Part shown: positions 24,539 to 36,565 of the stretch, piece by piece
Layout: each line of letters begins with the position of its first letter
Numbering within the stretch: position 1 is the stretch's first letter
NCBI RefSeq assembly: GCF_964355755.1
Contig: NC_092670.1
Coordinates: 32,104,388 to 32,168,387, forward strand
Direction: 5' to 3'
DNA length: 64,000 nt
Source: Antedon mediterranea
Lineage: Eukaryota > Animalia > Echinodermata
Notes under the pieces: generated by a model
Databases searched by the model: none
Told to the model about the DNA's origin: nothing
The model's input: the letters and a program-made list of their open reading frames with translations, nothing else
Translations under genes and position numbers: made by a program

Positions 24539-27500
24539 TCGTTCTACCACCAGAACCATGGAGTGAGTGAGCCTCAAACCCCTTGCGATGTTATGGCTAC
24601 GTAATTACTGTTCCACTGTCTTAACCGCTCGGCCACTCACTCACTCACATGTTGAAGCTTAAAGTGTCATCCATGTGTTTAGATTATATTAAAAATGATG
24701 AAGTCATTAACGAGAATCTTAATATTAAGGTAGCACTTTTAAGCTTCCTGTTTAGGGCAGTAAGTAATAAATCACAACATCCATAAAACAAACACAGAAC
24801 ATCACAACTTTTTTTGTGGCTATTAAGAAATTTAAATGTTGTGTTTAAGACAAGTTAGAACCGATTTCCTCTCAGCCTGTACACAGTAGGCTTACTGTAC
24901 AAATTTCCTTACTAAATTCTGTACGTTGAAAATATTGGGAAACTATCAAACCTTTTCAAAATTATAAGCTACGCGACTAGTGTAAACAGGAAATAATCAT
25001 TATTTAAAAGAAAACATTATGTATGTTTCGGTTTCGCGGATCTACATTCGAAGAATACATAATTGATAGAAAATGAAACCAACAATTCATCTACTGTAAT
25101 TGTAAATTGTTTTAAACACATAAGTTGGACATAATCCAGTACAAAGACAAGCAAATAAGGCGTTCAAGAAGATGAGACTCAGCAGATAGGAGCTTCAGAA
25201 AATATAAGCTTTAGCATATGAGCTTCAGCATATAGAAGCTACAGCAAATAGGAGCTTTAGAAAATAGGAGCTCCAATCTAGAAAATAGTAGTTTCAACAG
25301 ACAGGAGTTCCAGCAAAAAAAAACTTAAGCAGATAGGAGCTCTAGAAAATAGGGGCTCTAGAAGATATGATTTTCAACAGATAGAAGTTTTAACAGGAGG
25401 AGCTTCAACAGATAGAAGCTTCAACAGATAGAAGCTACAACAGATTGGAGCTTCAACAGTTAGGATTTTTAGCGGAAAGAAGCTTTAACAGATATTAACT
25501 AAAATAGATAGGAGCTTCAACAGATAGGAACTACAATAGAGAAGCTTCAACAGATAGGAGCTACAACAGATAGGAATTTCAGCGGATAGGAGCTTCAAGA
25601 GATAGGAACTTTGACAGGTAGGAGCTTCAACAGATAGCAGCTTCAATAAGTAGGCTCTTCGACAAAAGGTTGAAAACAAACTATAAACGTTTATATATTA
25701 GCATTCTCGAACAATGACCACTGAATTGTGGTCCAACTTATTTACAAGAAGTCTTTGGAATACATTGTAATTACCTTAAAAATGGAATATACTACCACAG
25801 TTGGTGAACTGACTGAAATCAATAACGGTATATGGACTGAAATAAACAGTAGGGGCCCTTCACCTTCTGAAAAGTCTACATTGATGTCAACCAGGATATA
25901 TATTGAAACCACCGACAGCAACGATGCTGATGACATTTCCTTTGATACCATAGAATACATATTTATAGGTATAGGTGCATTTGTGTTTTTAAGCCTAACA
26001 ATTGCAATCGTCTACTACTTGTGTAAGAGAAAGTGCTGTAAGACAACAGACCCGGACGAGACTGCAGGAAATATACCCAGGAGAAATTCATCAAAAAGTG
26101 CCCGTCGTACAAGTAGCTTTAGGGCGTCTGTGTATGGATTTATTAGTGGATCAAAGTACAAGAATCTTGGGCTACAGCAAAACGCAGCGAGTGTTCGCTT
26201 CCTTAACGACAGGCAAAGAAATGGGGTTCAAACATTCTTTGCAGAAGACGATACAGCTGCCGTTCATACAACCACCAGCGTGGTAAATCAGCACCATGAG
26301 CAAATAATTGACGCGGCGACGGTGAGCGATTGTCGACAAGTTTATGTAAACACCAATCCAGGGCTCATGTCTGAAATTGCTAACGAACCATGGGAGGAAG
26401 AGCCACACTATCAAGTGCCTCGAATTCAAAAATTGACTAACTTTCCTCCAAAACCGAGTGCTCGTGAAATGCAACTGAACGATGACAATGCTACAGATGT
26501 GTCCGAAGAGTTTGATGATGATGACAATTGCTACGAGCATCTTGACAGCACGTGTCAGGAATTCGGTGATATGGTTATTGTAACTGGACTGTAAAATGAG
26601 TAGATTTTAATAACGATGATCCGATTTAAACATTTTATTTAGGCCATCTAATCTAACTTACCTGGTATAGCCATAGACATTCTTACAGCAATCCTGATTG
26701 GTAGATTAGGAGTTGTTTTCACGTGACAATATTCGACATCCATTCGATTGATATTAGTAACAACAATGCAGAGCTCCTTACCAAACTTTGTATAAAGCTG
26801 AAACGTTCATTAAACAAATTTAGATAAGTTGTCAGTCACTGCGCATGTATGTTTGTTAGAAGATTCTGTTTTTGTTTAACTCTCTACCTATTTACAATTT
26901 TTATGATCCCACCCAAAGATTTGTTATAGGACTTGGTTTATGTAGAGCATATTATATGTCTGTCGTGTGGACAGGGTTGCCACATGAGAAAAACAGTGAA
27001 TGAAATCACTTATAGCATAATGGAATTTAAAATTAATAAAATGTATAAATAAATACGAATCTTAAATCGTGATACAATAGTTTGAATAGCGTTAAGCCTA
27101 ATAGTAATTTCAAATATTAATTGTAGGCCTATACAATTTTTTTAGTGGTAACCAAAATAACTCATAAGTGTATTCTAAATCGCGTTGAAATCCACGCTTT
27201 GACATTTGACATATATCAGACATGAAAGAGCAATCAAGTAGAAATACATGTTATTTTCAACTAGGGAGAATTATAATAAACTGTAACACCCAGAAACAAT
27301 ATACCAACTTAAAACTCCATTTTGCATTCATAATTGGCTTAATTATAGAATTTAAATTTTTGATAAATGTATTTAATATATTCTAATCAATGATGGATTC
27401 AGAAATGTTGTAGGCGTAAGTAGGAACTTTAACATATTGTGCATATCGTAGACTATTTTCTGTTAGAAATGTAACATATACCTCCAAAAATGTGATATCC

Positions 27501-30407
27501 CTGTTCTGTGTAACTTCGTAAAGTTGATCTCCGAACCAGTTAAACAATCTCTTACCTGGATGCCAACCGTAATAACGGTTTAAGTTAGGCAATAAGCTGA
27601 AGACACCACAGCGAGCATCTAAGAAAGAAAAATACTGTACAATACTACTTATTTATAGTGTAACTATAGTCCATTGTTTGTATTGTTGCATTAGTTATAA
27701 ATCCAAGAAAAATATTGAATAAATATACTTTTGACGATTATAAATGTTCTTCTTTAAAATGTACAGTACACGGTTTTTAAAATAATAATTAAATTTGATT
27801 AGTCCAAAAATGTTGTTCTACTGTAAAAAATAAATTATTAATTAATGTATTTGGAATATTAGTCTTACTAAAGCTCTTATAATTTCCACCAGATTCTCTG
27901 TAACTGTAATTCCAAATATGGCATTATCTGTCCAGTATTATGGCAAATTATTAAGTACTAGATGGCACGCTCGCTTCGCTCGCGTACCATCTAGGTCGTG
28001 CCCACAGATGGTTCTCGAATACACAGTATTTCCAGCGAGAAAAAAATGGAGATTTCAAACAGTGTACGTACCGCAGGACTATAATACATATTGTCGTTTA
28101 CAGAAACGAATAAATATACACAATGATTTATGTAGTCAACCAAAATTAGCACCCTGGGAATTACTTCCGAGAGAAAAACAAAATGAGTCAAATTTTTTTA
28201 TTTGGACTCATTTAAACAAACCCAATTTGTGTTTTGTATGTAACATTAAGGGTTGAGGGATGGGGGAGAAGATGGGTACAAAGAGGAAACATTTTAAAAT
28301 ATATTCTTATCCACTCAGTAACGAAATATTGTTTTTAATGTTTTATAGGCCTATAAATAATATACCACTAAATACAGTAAAACATTTACGATTTAATACG
28401 GTACTTTGTTAAAACTCTCACTGTCATAGTCGATTGAAATAGTAAAGTACACCACTACGACGTTTATATATTTTTAAATTATTAATTAATACAAACGTTG
28501 AGAAGCAACTGTCAGTAATAACATTTATTTATTTGTATATTATATGTTTATAATCTAACAGTAGGGCCTACCCACACTCACAGTAATAAAGTTTATTTGT
28601 ATATATTTTTATATTACATCTAACAGTACCAACACTCACAGTAAGAAATTTGCGATTCAAATTGTGATCAAAAGTGGTTAATACCTTAACAGTATTGTAC
28701 AGCATTGCAATACTATTTATGTTTATTCTCCAAGGGGGCCCATAAATCTAAATCTATACCTCTATGGTTAAACCAAATAATTTGGAATGTTTATTTCTAT
28801 ATTATATGTTTATAATCTAACAGTAGGGCCTACCCACACTCACAGTAATAAAGTTTATTTGTATATATTTTTATATTACATCTAACAGTACCAACACTCA
28901 CAGTAAGAAATTTGCGATTCAAATTGCGATCAAAAGTGGTTAATACCTTAACAGTATTGTACAGCATTGCAATACTATTTATGTTTATTCTCCAAGGGGG
29001 CCCATAAATCTAAATCTATACCTGTATGGTTAAACCAAATAATTTGGAATGTTCCATTCATCACAAATCAATACATTTGTAAAAACGTATATTAAATGTA
29101 TCAAAATAGTATTTTTTAAAGAAAATCGGCCTGTCTTCAACATTATGATGCTGTACTCGAACTGTTCAACCGGTTTTCAGCTATTAAAAACAATTATCGT
29201 AGGAGGAGATAGGAAAATGCGAAGCCTCCTCGCATTTTTGTGGCGGGTATTTTTCAAGACGGACATCCATTAGACAGTGTATACCACGATCGGAAAACAC
29301 CCCTATTTGGGGCAAATCGTTGAACCTAAATTCGTTTTAATCGTCAATAACTAATTATCTAACTTAATTTAATTAGTAAACAGGGTTACATCAGGTGGTT
29401 AAAATCAGTACCGAAAGTACCAACCAACTTTATATACCACCGTGTAAAAATTCTAGAAGTAAGGCGCGATTTACCGAATTTTGCCCTTACGTAAATTTAT
29501 ATATAGATAGTGACACATTTATCACACGTAGAACGCATTGGTTAGACTTATGATACGTGTGATACTGTATTATAGAATTTGCCACGTTATAATAGACACT
29601 ATTGTAGACGGTACCAGTACGTAAAATCCACTAATGATTTGTATTGACCATAATTCAACAAACAATACAGTCAACCGAAATACATTAATTTTAAATGAAT
29701 TTAGTTCGTTAAAAATGTTATTACCAAGAAATATCTTGCGTAGGTCCATTCGTAGAAAGTTTTCAATCTCGTTGGACGTGAAGCCGACAGCAAGTAGAGC
29801 TGCAGTCATGGCCCCAGCGCTAGCTCCAGCTAAACGTATAATGTTCTGCCATATGCCCACGTCTTCTAGAACCTTTGTAAATATGTTGAGATATTAATGT
29901 ATTCTTAGCAATACGTAATTTTAAGATTGAGCAAAAATGTACTAATATATCTAGTAATTAAATAAATTAAATTTGACTTGCTTGCTTGAAGTGTATTGTG
30001 AAGTTCTAACTTCTGGGTCTTAAAAGAATTCGAAGTAGCACAATTTACAAAGAATATCATGTCGTTCTAGTGGCGACAAAACTAACCCGTATAGCACCTG
30101 CGTAAGCGATGCCTTTATTTCCTCCACCTTCAAATACAATGTTTTCGAATGGGTACTGGTAGTCTGTATAATTGATGTCCATAATAGAACTGTTATCACT
30201 GAACCAGCTGACTGCAGAGACTTCAGAACGTAACGAACTCCTTGAGGAATCTTTGAACATATTGAGATTGTCGATTTCTTGGTAGTTTTCAGGGATCGCC
30301 TGACCAAGGAAGAATGTTGGGTCGTTGAAATCATCGTCACTGAATGGAGTCGTTTTCTTTTGTGACTTTGGACTGACCGCGACCGTTTTCGAATATTTTC
30401 CTCCCAT
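17378..30407 (-). CDS. Patatin-like phospholipase (ExoU/VipD-like type) with EF-hand, ~604 aa
   Basis: Exons 30087-30407 (FEGGGNKG oxyanion motif), 29725-29872 (GASAG nucleophile), 27482-27618, 26662-26797 (SMAIPG), 24182-24277 (YVDGG catalytic Asp), 23603-23733, 23304-23398, 21166-21322, 20573-20674 and 19704-19862 (EF loop DTNKDGKINFQE), 19176-19271, 17378-17614 (stop). GT-AG introns, phases consistent, total 1815 nt. Confidence 0.9.
17736..18583. mobile_element. Nested cluster of ~180-bp PIF/Harbinger-like MITEs
   Basis: Repeated TIRs AGC(T/G)TGGTTCCCACTAG / CTAGTGGGAACCA(A/C)GCT with TWA-type junctions. The innermost complete copy is ~18014-18192. Confidence 0.88.
20050..20303 (+). mobile_element. 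LINE-like 3' end fragment
   Basis: Ends aataaaatgtcttgaatcttgaatc (short tandem tail). A second similar copy lies at ~56615-56823. Confidence 0.5.
20767..20991. mobile_element. Harbinger-like MITE
   Basis: ~60-bp TIRs starting agcccggcgcacactagagc; TSD tta/tta. Confidence 0.85.
21382..21732. mobile_element. Harbinger-like MITE
   Basis: TIR agccgattttccactaggcgaatttgttcgcgcgaa; TSD taa/taa. Confidence 0.85.
21736..21905. mobile_element. ~180-bp MITE (same family as 17736-18583) abutting the previous MITE
   Basis: agcgtggttcccactag ... ctagtgggaaccaagct; shares the TAA at 21733-21735. Confidence 0.85.
21998..22257. repeat. 47-bp G-rich minisatellite, ~5.5 copies
   Basis: Unit gttgggatgtggggtggcgtctcgttatacaggggcggatatagtaa. 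Confidence 0.9.
22417..22488 (+). tRNA. tRNA-like gene or pseudogene, anticodon ATC (Asp), copy 1
   Basis: 72-nt cloverleaf: acceptor GCCCCAG/TTGGGGC, D-arm GTCT-AATGGTTA-GGGC, anticodon arm CTGC-ATATCAA-GCAG, T-arm CCGAG-TTCGAGT-CTCGG, discriminator G, TTTTT terminator 2 nt downstream. Confidence 0.6.
22780..22851 (+). tRNA. tRNA-like gene or pseudogene, anticodon ATC (Asp), copy 2
   Basis: Identical to copy 1 except T-loop TTCGAGA; part of a 363-bp-period duplication bounded by (TA)n. Confidence 0.55.
24365..24648 (-). mobile_element. tRNA-derived SINE with Deu/Nin-like core
   Basis: A-box gtggccgagcggttaag, then core gataaggactataaaccgtaggtcc. A 5'-truncated copy lies at ~49815-49940 (+). 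Confidence 0.65.
25175..25670. repeat. Degenerate 16-bp minisatellite (agcttcaacagatagg)n
   Basis: About 30 diverged units immediately upstream of the nested gene. Confidence 0.85.
25782..26594 (+). CDS. Single-pass transmembrane adaptor-like protein (270 aa), nested antisense in patatin intron 4
   Basis: Uninterrupted ORF from ATG 25782 (aaaATGG context). S/T/acidic ectodomain without a signal peptide, TM YIFIGIGAFVFLSLTIAIVYYL, juxtamembrane CKRKCCK, Tyr motifs YGFI/YKNL/YVNT/YQVP/YEHL, C-terminus TGL. Confidence 0.75.
   Translation: MEYTTTVGELTEINNGIWTEINSRGPSPSEKSTLMSTRIYIETTDSNDADDISFDTIEYIFIGIGAFVFLSLTIAIVYYLCKRKCCKTTDPDETAGNIPRRNSSKSARRTSSFRASVYGFISGSKYKNLGLQQNAASVRFLNDRQRNGVQTFFAEDDTAAVHTTTSVVNQHHEQIIDAATVSDCRQVYVNTNPGLMSEIANEPWEEEPHYQVPRIQKLTNFPPKPSAREMQLNDDNATDVSEEFDDDDNCYEHLDSTCQEFGDMVIVTGL
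28539..29052. repeat. 260-bp direct tandem duplication (2 copies)
   Basis: The block starting attatatgtttataatctaacagtagggcc recurs at ~28539 and ~28800 with only a couple of substitutions. Confidence 0.9.
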
Positions 30408-31885
30408 TTCTGTCGATGTCTTTAGCTAAACTGAATCATTATAAAACGAAGAATATAAGTTATATACAACTTTAAACTTGCAACGGTCACTAGATAGACT
30501 AACTAAATGACTATCGCATTCATCTAAAAACGAGTCTATCAGTGTTAAATACTTGCGATAGTCAGTTAGAATCTATCTAATGACAGCTGCATAATCTGGT
30601 GAACATTAAATGTAAAGTTATCTAGTTGGATAAATCAATCTTAATATATAGACACAAATACCTTTTCTAAAATAATTGTACGCTAAATTATTTATTTTGT
30701 CTCTTAATAACGTTTTACATGATCCTCATAGCCCGCATGCGTAAAGTTATAAAATTTTAAACATAAACTTAAATAGGAAACCTACTTTAGTCAACATTAC
30801 ATAATCCTGGTATTTAAAAAAATATATATATATATATTTGGATATAATTTGACCATAAAGACAAGATAATTTTCCATTATTAGACCTAAAGAGAAACCAT
30901 TACAGTGTTCATAAGAATAGTGCCGGATATGAAGGACGAGTTTATGAGGCGAAAAGGTCATTAATAATGAAACGAAAGACAATGTTCATTCGAGTAAACA
31001 TTACCATACCCACATCCTTTGTTATAGAGTTCAGTTATTAATGACTGACCCAAGGCAATCTAACACTAAACCACTTATTCAGTCTGATACAGGATCTTAT
31101 AAGGAAGTAATCAGTTAATTAAATTGATAGGTACGATAATAGATAAGTTTTAATGAGTCAAAAGTACGCCATCCTACTGTAGGCCTATCGATAATACACT
31201 AGATCACTAGATTTAAGATTTTCAATACTAAATAATCCATACGTACAGAACGAAATTAAATATCTAAAACATTAATTTATGATTTTTTTTAGGATTATAA
31301 TTTATAGATCTACTATTATTAGCTAATGATTTGTCATGCGGTTGCTTTTTGTTGTTTTTGTTTAGGGGTTGGTATTTGACAAGTTCTTTTACTTCTTTTC
31401 TGATCCTTGAAACAGTTCTTATTTTATGTTACCATTTTAAGTTATTGTAATTAAGGTATGCTGTTTTTATTTCATGAACTGTTTCTAAATAAATGATTAT
31501 TATGTTGTTGAAACATCAGATTGAACGAAAATAGATCAGTAAAGATGGTCATAACATTTTATATTATAATATGATAATCAATAAGCACGATAATCGATAG
31601 GCCTATGTACCAAAAACTGGTAATAAGGACCCTATAATGAGTTCATGAACTATGAGGGATAACACTACTATTAGTGTTCAAAATTTACTGCAATATAATT
31701 CGCAAAAGGTTTACAGATTGGCTAGAATATTATAAATGAAGAGGAAAATGGTTTCCGAAAAATTACCCTTTCATCGATTATTGAGAACAGAAAGTGATGT
31801 AAAAAAGACACATTTGCATGCTTATTGATGCAAAGAAGATAACGATAATCGATAAGTACGATGATCAAGTAGCGAGTCTATATTA

Positions 31886-31963
31886 ATCACCGAAGTTATT
31901 AAGTAACTTTGGGCCCGGTTAGAGCTTGAATGGGAGACCATTTGGGAATATTGAGTGCTGTAT
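31886..31963 (+). pseudogene. 5S rRNA-derived fragment (pseudogene or SINE3 head)
   Basis: gggcccggttagagcttgaatgggagaccatttgggaatattgagtgctgta resembles the 5S 3' half (box C region), followed by non-5S sequence. Confidence 0.7.
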
Positions 31964-34852
31964 GGGGCTGGGGTCCCATAAGGCATTGAAATCAGCACTG
32001 CTGACTCTTATGGTAGCCCCTGCATCTAGTATCTGCCTAAGACGTACGTATTGGCTTATGCCTCTCCTCTGGTTAAGTGATCAATGTTAGGACCAGCCAA
32101 AGATGTTTTAAACACTCCTGGATGAATGTAAGACTAATTGACATCAAACACAAAACAATTTTAATAATTGCACTGACGAACACTGGAATAAGTAAACAGT
32201 CGGTAAAACGAATTAATAAAACAGTGAGAAAATTCTGTTTCTTTTTCCAAAGGCATTTAGTACACAGCATGAATTATGAGTACCGTAATTAATAATATAA
32301 TTAGCTATACCGCAATTAGCTTATTAAAAACAAATGTTTTATTTAAACGAAAATGATTGATTAAAAAGGGCATTTAAACTAATTTTTTAACATAGCATTA
32401 GGCCTAAATTACTTTACTTTATTAGGTTTATTAATTTATTTTTTTCCTCAATAAATAAAAACCTACACTCCCTAATAAAAAAAAAAACCCCGTAATATAA
32501 TTAAGCAGGCTGCTGTTGGTTGAATCTACGCACTTTATAATGTAGGCCTATATTTAAATATGATTTTATAATGTTTATTGCTATTTAATTTTAGTATAAA
32601 ACGACACACGACCTCTCTACCACCATATCTGCGTGCGAAGGCTGAGACCGACCTCCCTCTTTACCCATAGTTACTCATAGTTACTCATAATTAGTTTTAT
32701 AGGTGTTATAATACAATAATAAAATAAGTCAATTGTTTAATTTTCAGTGTTATTTCATTTTGGTGAAAATAGGGTACCAACACGTTTAGGCTTATTTGGT
32801 AAACATTCTTTTAGTGCCAATATCATAAGAGAAACATTACGTTTTTAACCATGTGTAAGCCTACTAAAACATTAATCATCAAAAGATTCCGAAACATACG
32901 TCTAATTAATTGAATATCTACAACAACATTTGTCCCAACCTCAACATCGACAAAATAATTAAGTGAAAACTGTATACATACCATAAGGATTAATTGTAAA
33001 GTAATTCCCGTAGATCCGATTGCATTGTTTGGCTACAATCATGTACGCTAGGTGAGATCGCTGTTGTTTTCACCTTTTCATAAAAGGTATGCAACTAACT
33101 ATTTGTTGTGGGGTTTTCACGTCTTAGAATCACGCTGTTGTTAACACTTCTTAAATTCTCATTGGTCGCATTGCTACGCATCGTCAGTCAACTGAGCAAG
33201 TAAAGGAATCAAATGTCTTAATGTTCAAGTTTATATAACATCGACTTTAGATTTTTGGTAATAATAACCAGAAGGCATGGAATCTTCGCAATGTGTAACC
33301 AGGCGATTTTACGACGGGCATAAGGGTTGCTTTATTCAAACACGTCGCGGGTATCCTTTCCGAAATGTACACATTCCTTGAAAGGTTTTCAATCAGTAAG
33401 ACACAATACACATGCAGAGTTCTGAAGCCAGAGTTAACAATTACATCGTTGCTTAGAAACAATCAACACAACTAGCTTAACTCTTTCAGACGCCTAAACT
33501 TGTATGGACTCACACTGGTCAACAGAAAAGTTCAAATTCAACTTTCCGACAGGGACAACTTGTGGCCAGCTATCTAAAACAGTACATAACCATTCTTTTA
33601 TTTTAATTAGTATGCCGATTAAAATGTTATGTTTTTTTAATACTACAATAAAATATGCTGACTTGAACAAAGTAAAACAATTTTTAATAAGTTTAATATA
33701 AGAAAAAAACCATAGTCATGTAAAACTTTTTTTTAATTACAAACAGCTAAAACAATTTGAATACACCTCAAAGATCCACAGTAGTCATATTTCATATTTA
33801 AAAAGTGTACTGTAACCAAACTGTACTGAAAAAAATAAGAACGATTCTGTCCAGAGGATTCGACACCTAGAGAGAGGAAGATGGGCGTCAGTCTGTTAAG
33901 TTCAAGTGTGAACTAATAGGCCTAGAGTCTTTTTAGGACAATATAGATACTGGCCTACTAAGATTTAAATAAATGTAATCACGTAATTTAATGTCTATAG
34001 ATGACCAGTAGGTGACGAATACAATACAGTGTTTACTTTAACAATCGACAGAGTGTTCTATCAAAACGGAAGTAAATGTGATTAGATTGCGTAGATTTAT
34101 TTGTAGATTTTAAATATAATTATTCTATACTGTTTTCTATGGATAAGTCCGAATAAATAGAAATGAAATTAATAAATGTATTTATTCAGACGAATAACTA
34201 TGTTTTGATTATTAATTCGATTCTGTTAAAAATGGGGAAATAAGTTCTGTTAAAGCAGGGAAGAGTGAAGAAAAGCTACTATTGTTATATATGATTGGTG
34301 TAATTATGTGGCGTGAGACTGGTTTAGCGTACGACTTTGGCTGTGTGAACCAAGCAGTGGGTCACACTACGCCACGTAGCGGATCCCATTTCTAAGTTGT
34401 GACGGAAATGTGTTCCGAATTAAAAGTAAAAATTGAACGGGAAAGCAGTAGGGCCTACTGCGGGAAAGATATGAATTATACAGATGAATTGGAAAATAGA
34501 ATACGTATAAACGACCCAGGCTTAATCCAATCCATCATGGTACACAGACGCATTATGCTTTGCAGATCAGACCATTATAGTGTATTCCTCATTGTTCATG
34601 CCGCTGACCACTTTACCAAAAAACTGTACGTTGAATTGTTTGATCGATGTGGCCGAATCTTACAACCGAAATCAATATTGATGACATGTAAAGAGTACTT
34701 GATGTATTGATTCTGGCTTACTCATTTGGCCAATAAATGCCCCATTGTATTTTGTTAAGTAAACAAACAAATTGTGTCCATTGTACAGTAGTTGACCATT
34801 TCATTATTGAATATTATAAACCACTGTGATGAAAATACCAAACACCTGATAC

Positions 34853-35527
34853 AACTAGAAAGCCACTCCGAGAGTGCATACCTCCGCCTACTGTAAAATT
34901 CTCCTACATAAGATTTCTCCGGTTAAAAAAAAATTATATATATATATTTGTGTGTCTTAATGCTGTTTGTGATTTACGCTAATTTCACTAAAAGCATGTG
35001 TATGCGAGTTTGGTGTAATGGTTTATGTAACAAGCCTTTCAATTAACAATAGCTTCAGTTGATTAACAATAGAACAGCAACGCGAAAATCAAACGAGTGA
35101 ATTTGAAAATAAATAGGTTTTGTAAACTACTCGCATAAAAAAACGTGCACATTAAATCAAATTATGTTTTAAAATTACAAATCACAAATTATAACTCTTG
35201 CCTCTTGTACAAAAATGAAGTTTTTTGGACAAGTAGTTCTCGAAAAAATTCAATTTGAGTTTACTTGTTACTTTAAGACTGCTCGCCGGCTTTTGAAAAA
35301 TTCTGTCCTATCTTTTTAACCCTAGCAGGTCTGAAAAGTATACTAAAAAGTGGTCCAGAATTGGGACCGTGGTCCGAAATGGTTTAATGGAATGGTCCTT
35401 GACCAGATATCTATCTGTACATTCATTTTGGTAAAGACCTTGTAATTACTTTTTTAGTAATCCTGCTAACAAACAAACAGACAAACACACGCGATCGATT
35501 ACATATACCTCCTTGGTGGAGGTAAAT
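34853..35527 (+). mobile_element. Helentron-associated / DINE-1-like non-autonomous element
   Basis: Subterminal tacctccgcc, internal (aaac)n microsatellite, 3' hairpin acctcc-ttggt-ggaggt, A/T-rich flanks. Confidence 0.55.
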
Positions 35528-35650
35528 AAGCAGCTTTAATCACACAAATGTGATGAATACGTCTCATTCGAATATTTTGCAAAACATTGTTATATAAATC
35601 TCTAAACTCACACATGGTATATTTTATTTCTTCTATAATTATCTAAAATT

Positions 35651-35757
35651 CTAGATACAGTAGTACTAGATACAGTAGTACTAGATACAGTAGTACTAGA
35701 TACAGTAGTACTAGATACAGTAGTACTAGATACAGTAGTACTAGATACAGTAGTACT
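35651..35757. repeat. 15-bp tandem repeat (ctagatacagtagta) x7
   Basis: Perfect tandem copies. Confidence 0.95.
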
Positions 35758-36565
35758 TGTTTAATCTTTGACCTTGATCATAAATGACTTTATTTTAGGT
35801 CATTTTTCTTTAAATGTATCTTGTTGCCCAATACAAAATTGACCATTGGTCTTTTTCGGTCCATTACATTACCGAGAAAACGTCACAACATTGCGTTTTA
35901 CACGATTGTCTATTAACATTATAAATTCGAAAAAGAACTTAAATTATCAACACTACTAATTTTATTGAAGTTTCGCTTTTGAGCATGACGTAGCACAATG
36001 GTGGTATTAAATCAGAAAAAAAAGCATGAAATCTATACTGTAACTCAATATTAACGAATGCTAATATAGGGTAATGTATATTATAGTGCATCAAGATAGT
36101 TGCTTTTAATGTTAATGTTAAAACATAGTTTAATACTGTACAATAAATTACAATTTAGTCATTCGTTTCTTATGCTTGGTTCCAACTAGGACGCAACGCA
36201 AGTCGCAAAAGGAGCGAATTGACCAATAAAAAGCGAAAGAACTGTCGCTTTTGATTGGTCAATTGGCTTGCCTTGCGGCTTACTTACAGCTTGAGGTGCG
36301 TCCTAGTGGGAACCAAGCTTCAAACCTAATCTAAAATGATAAGACAAACACAGTTTTTGTAGTACTCTATAGACAATGGCATACTTGTATACCTAGTAGC
36401 ATGTTCGCATCCTGATGATTTTACATACATACAGTGAGAAAATCAAAAGTCAATAAAAAGATATTACAAAATCAGAATAAACAGTTTTACATTCATTTCT
36501 GTAAAATGTCCACAATTCAATGTACATATAGAAGGCGCACGACTGGTTGAAATGAAATTTTGATC

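Noticed and set aside
25742-26540. ORFs 25742-25960(-), 26002-26286(+) and 26172-26540(-)
   Set aside because: Shadow frames of the nested transmembrane gene.
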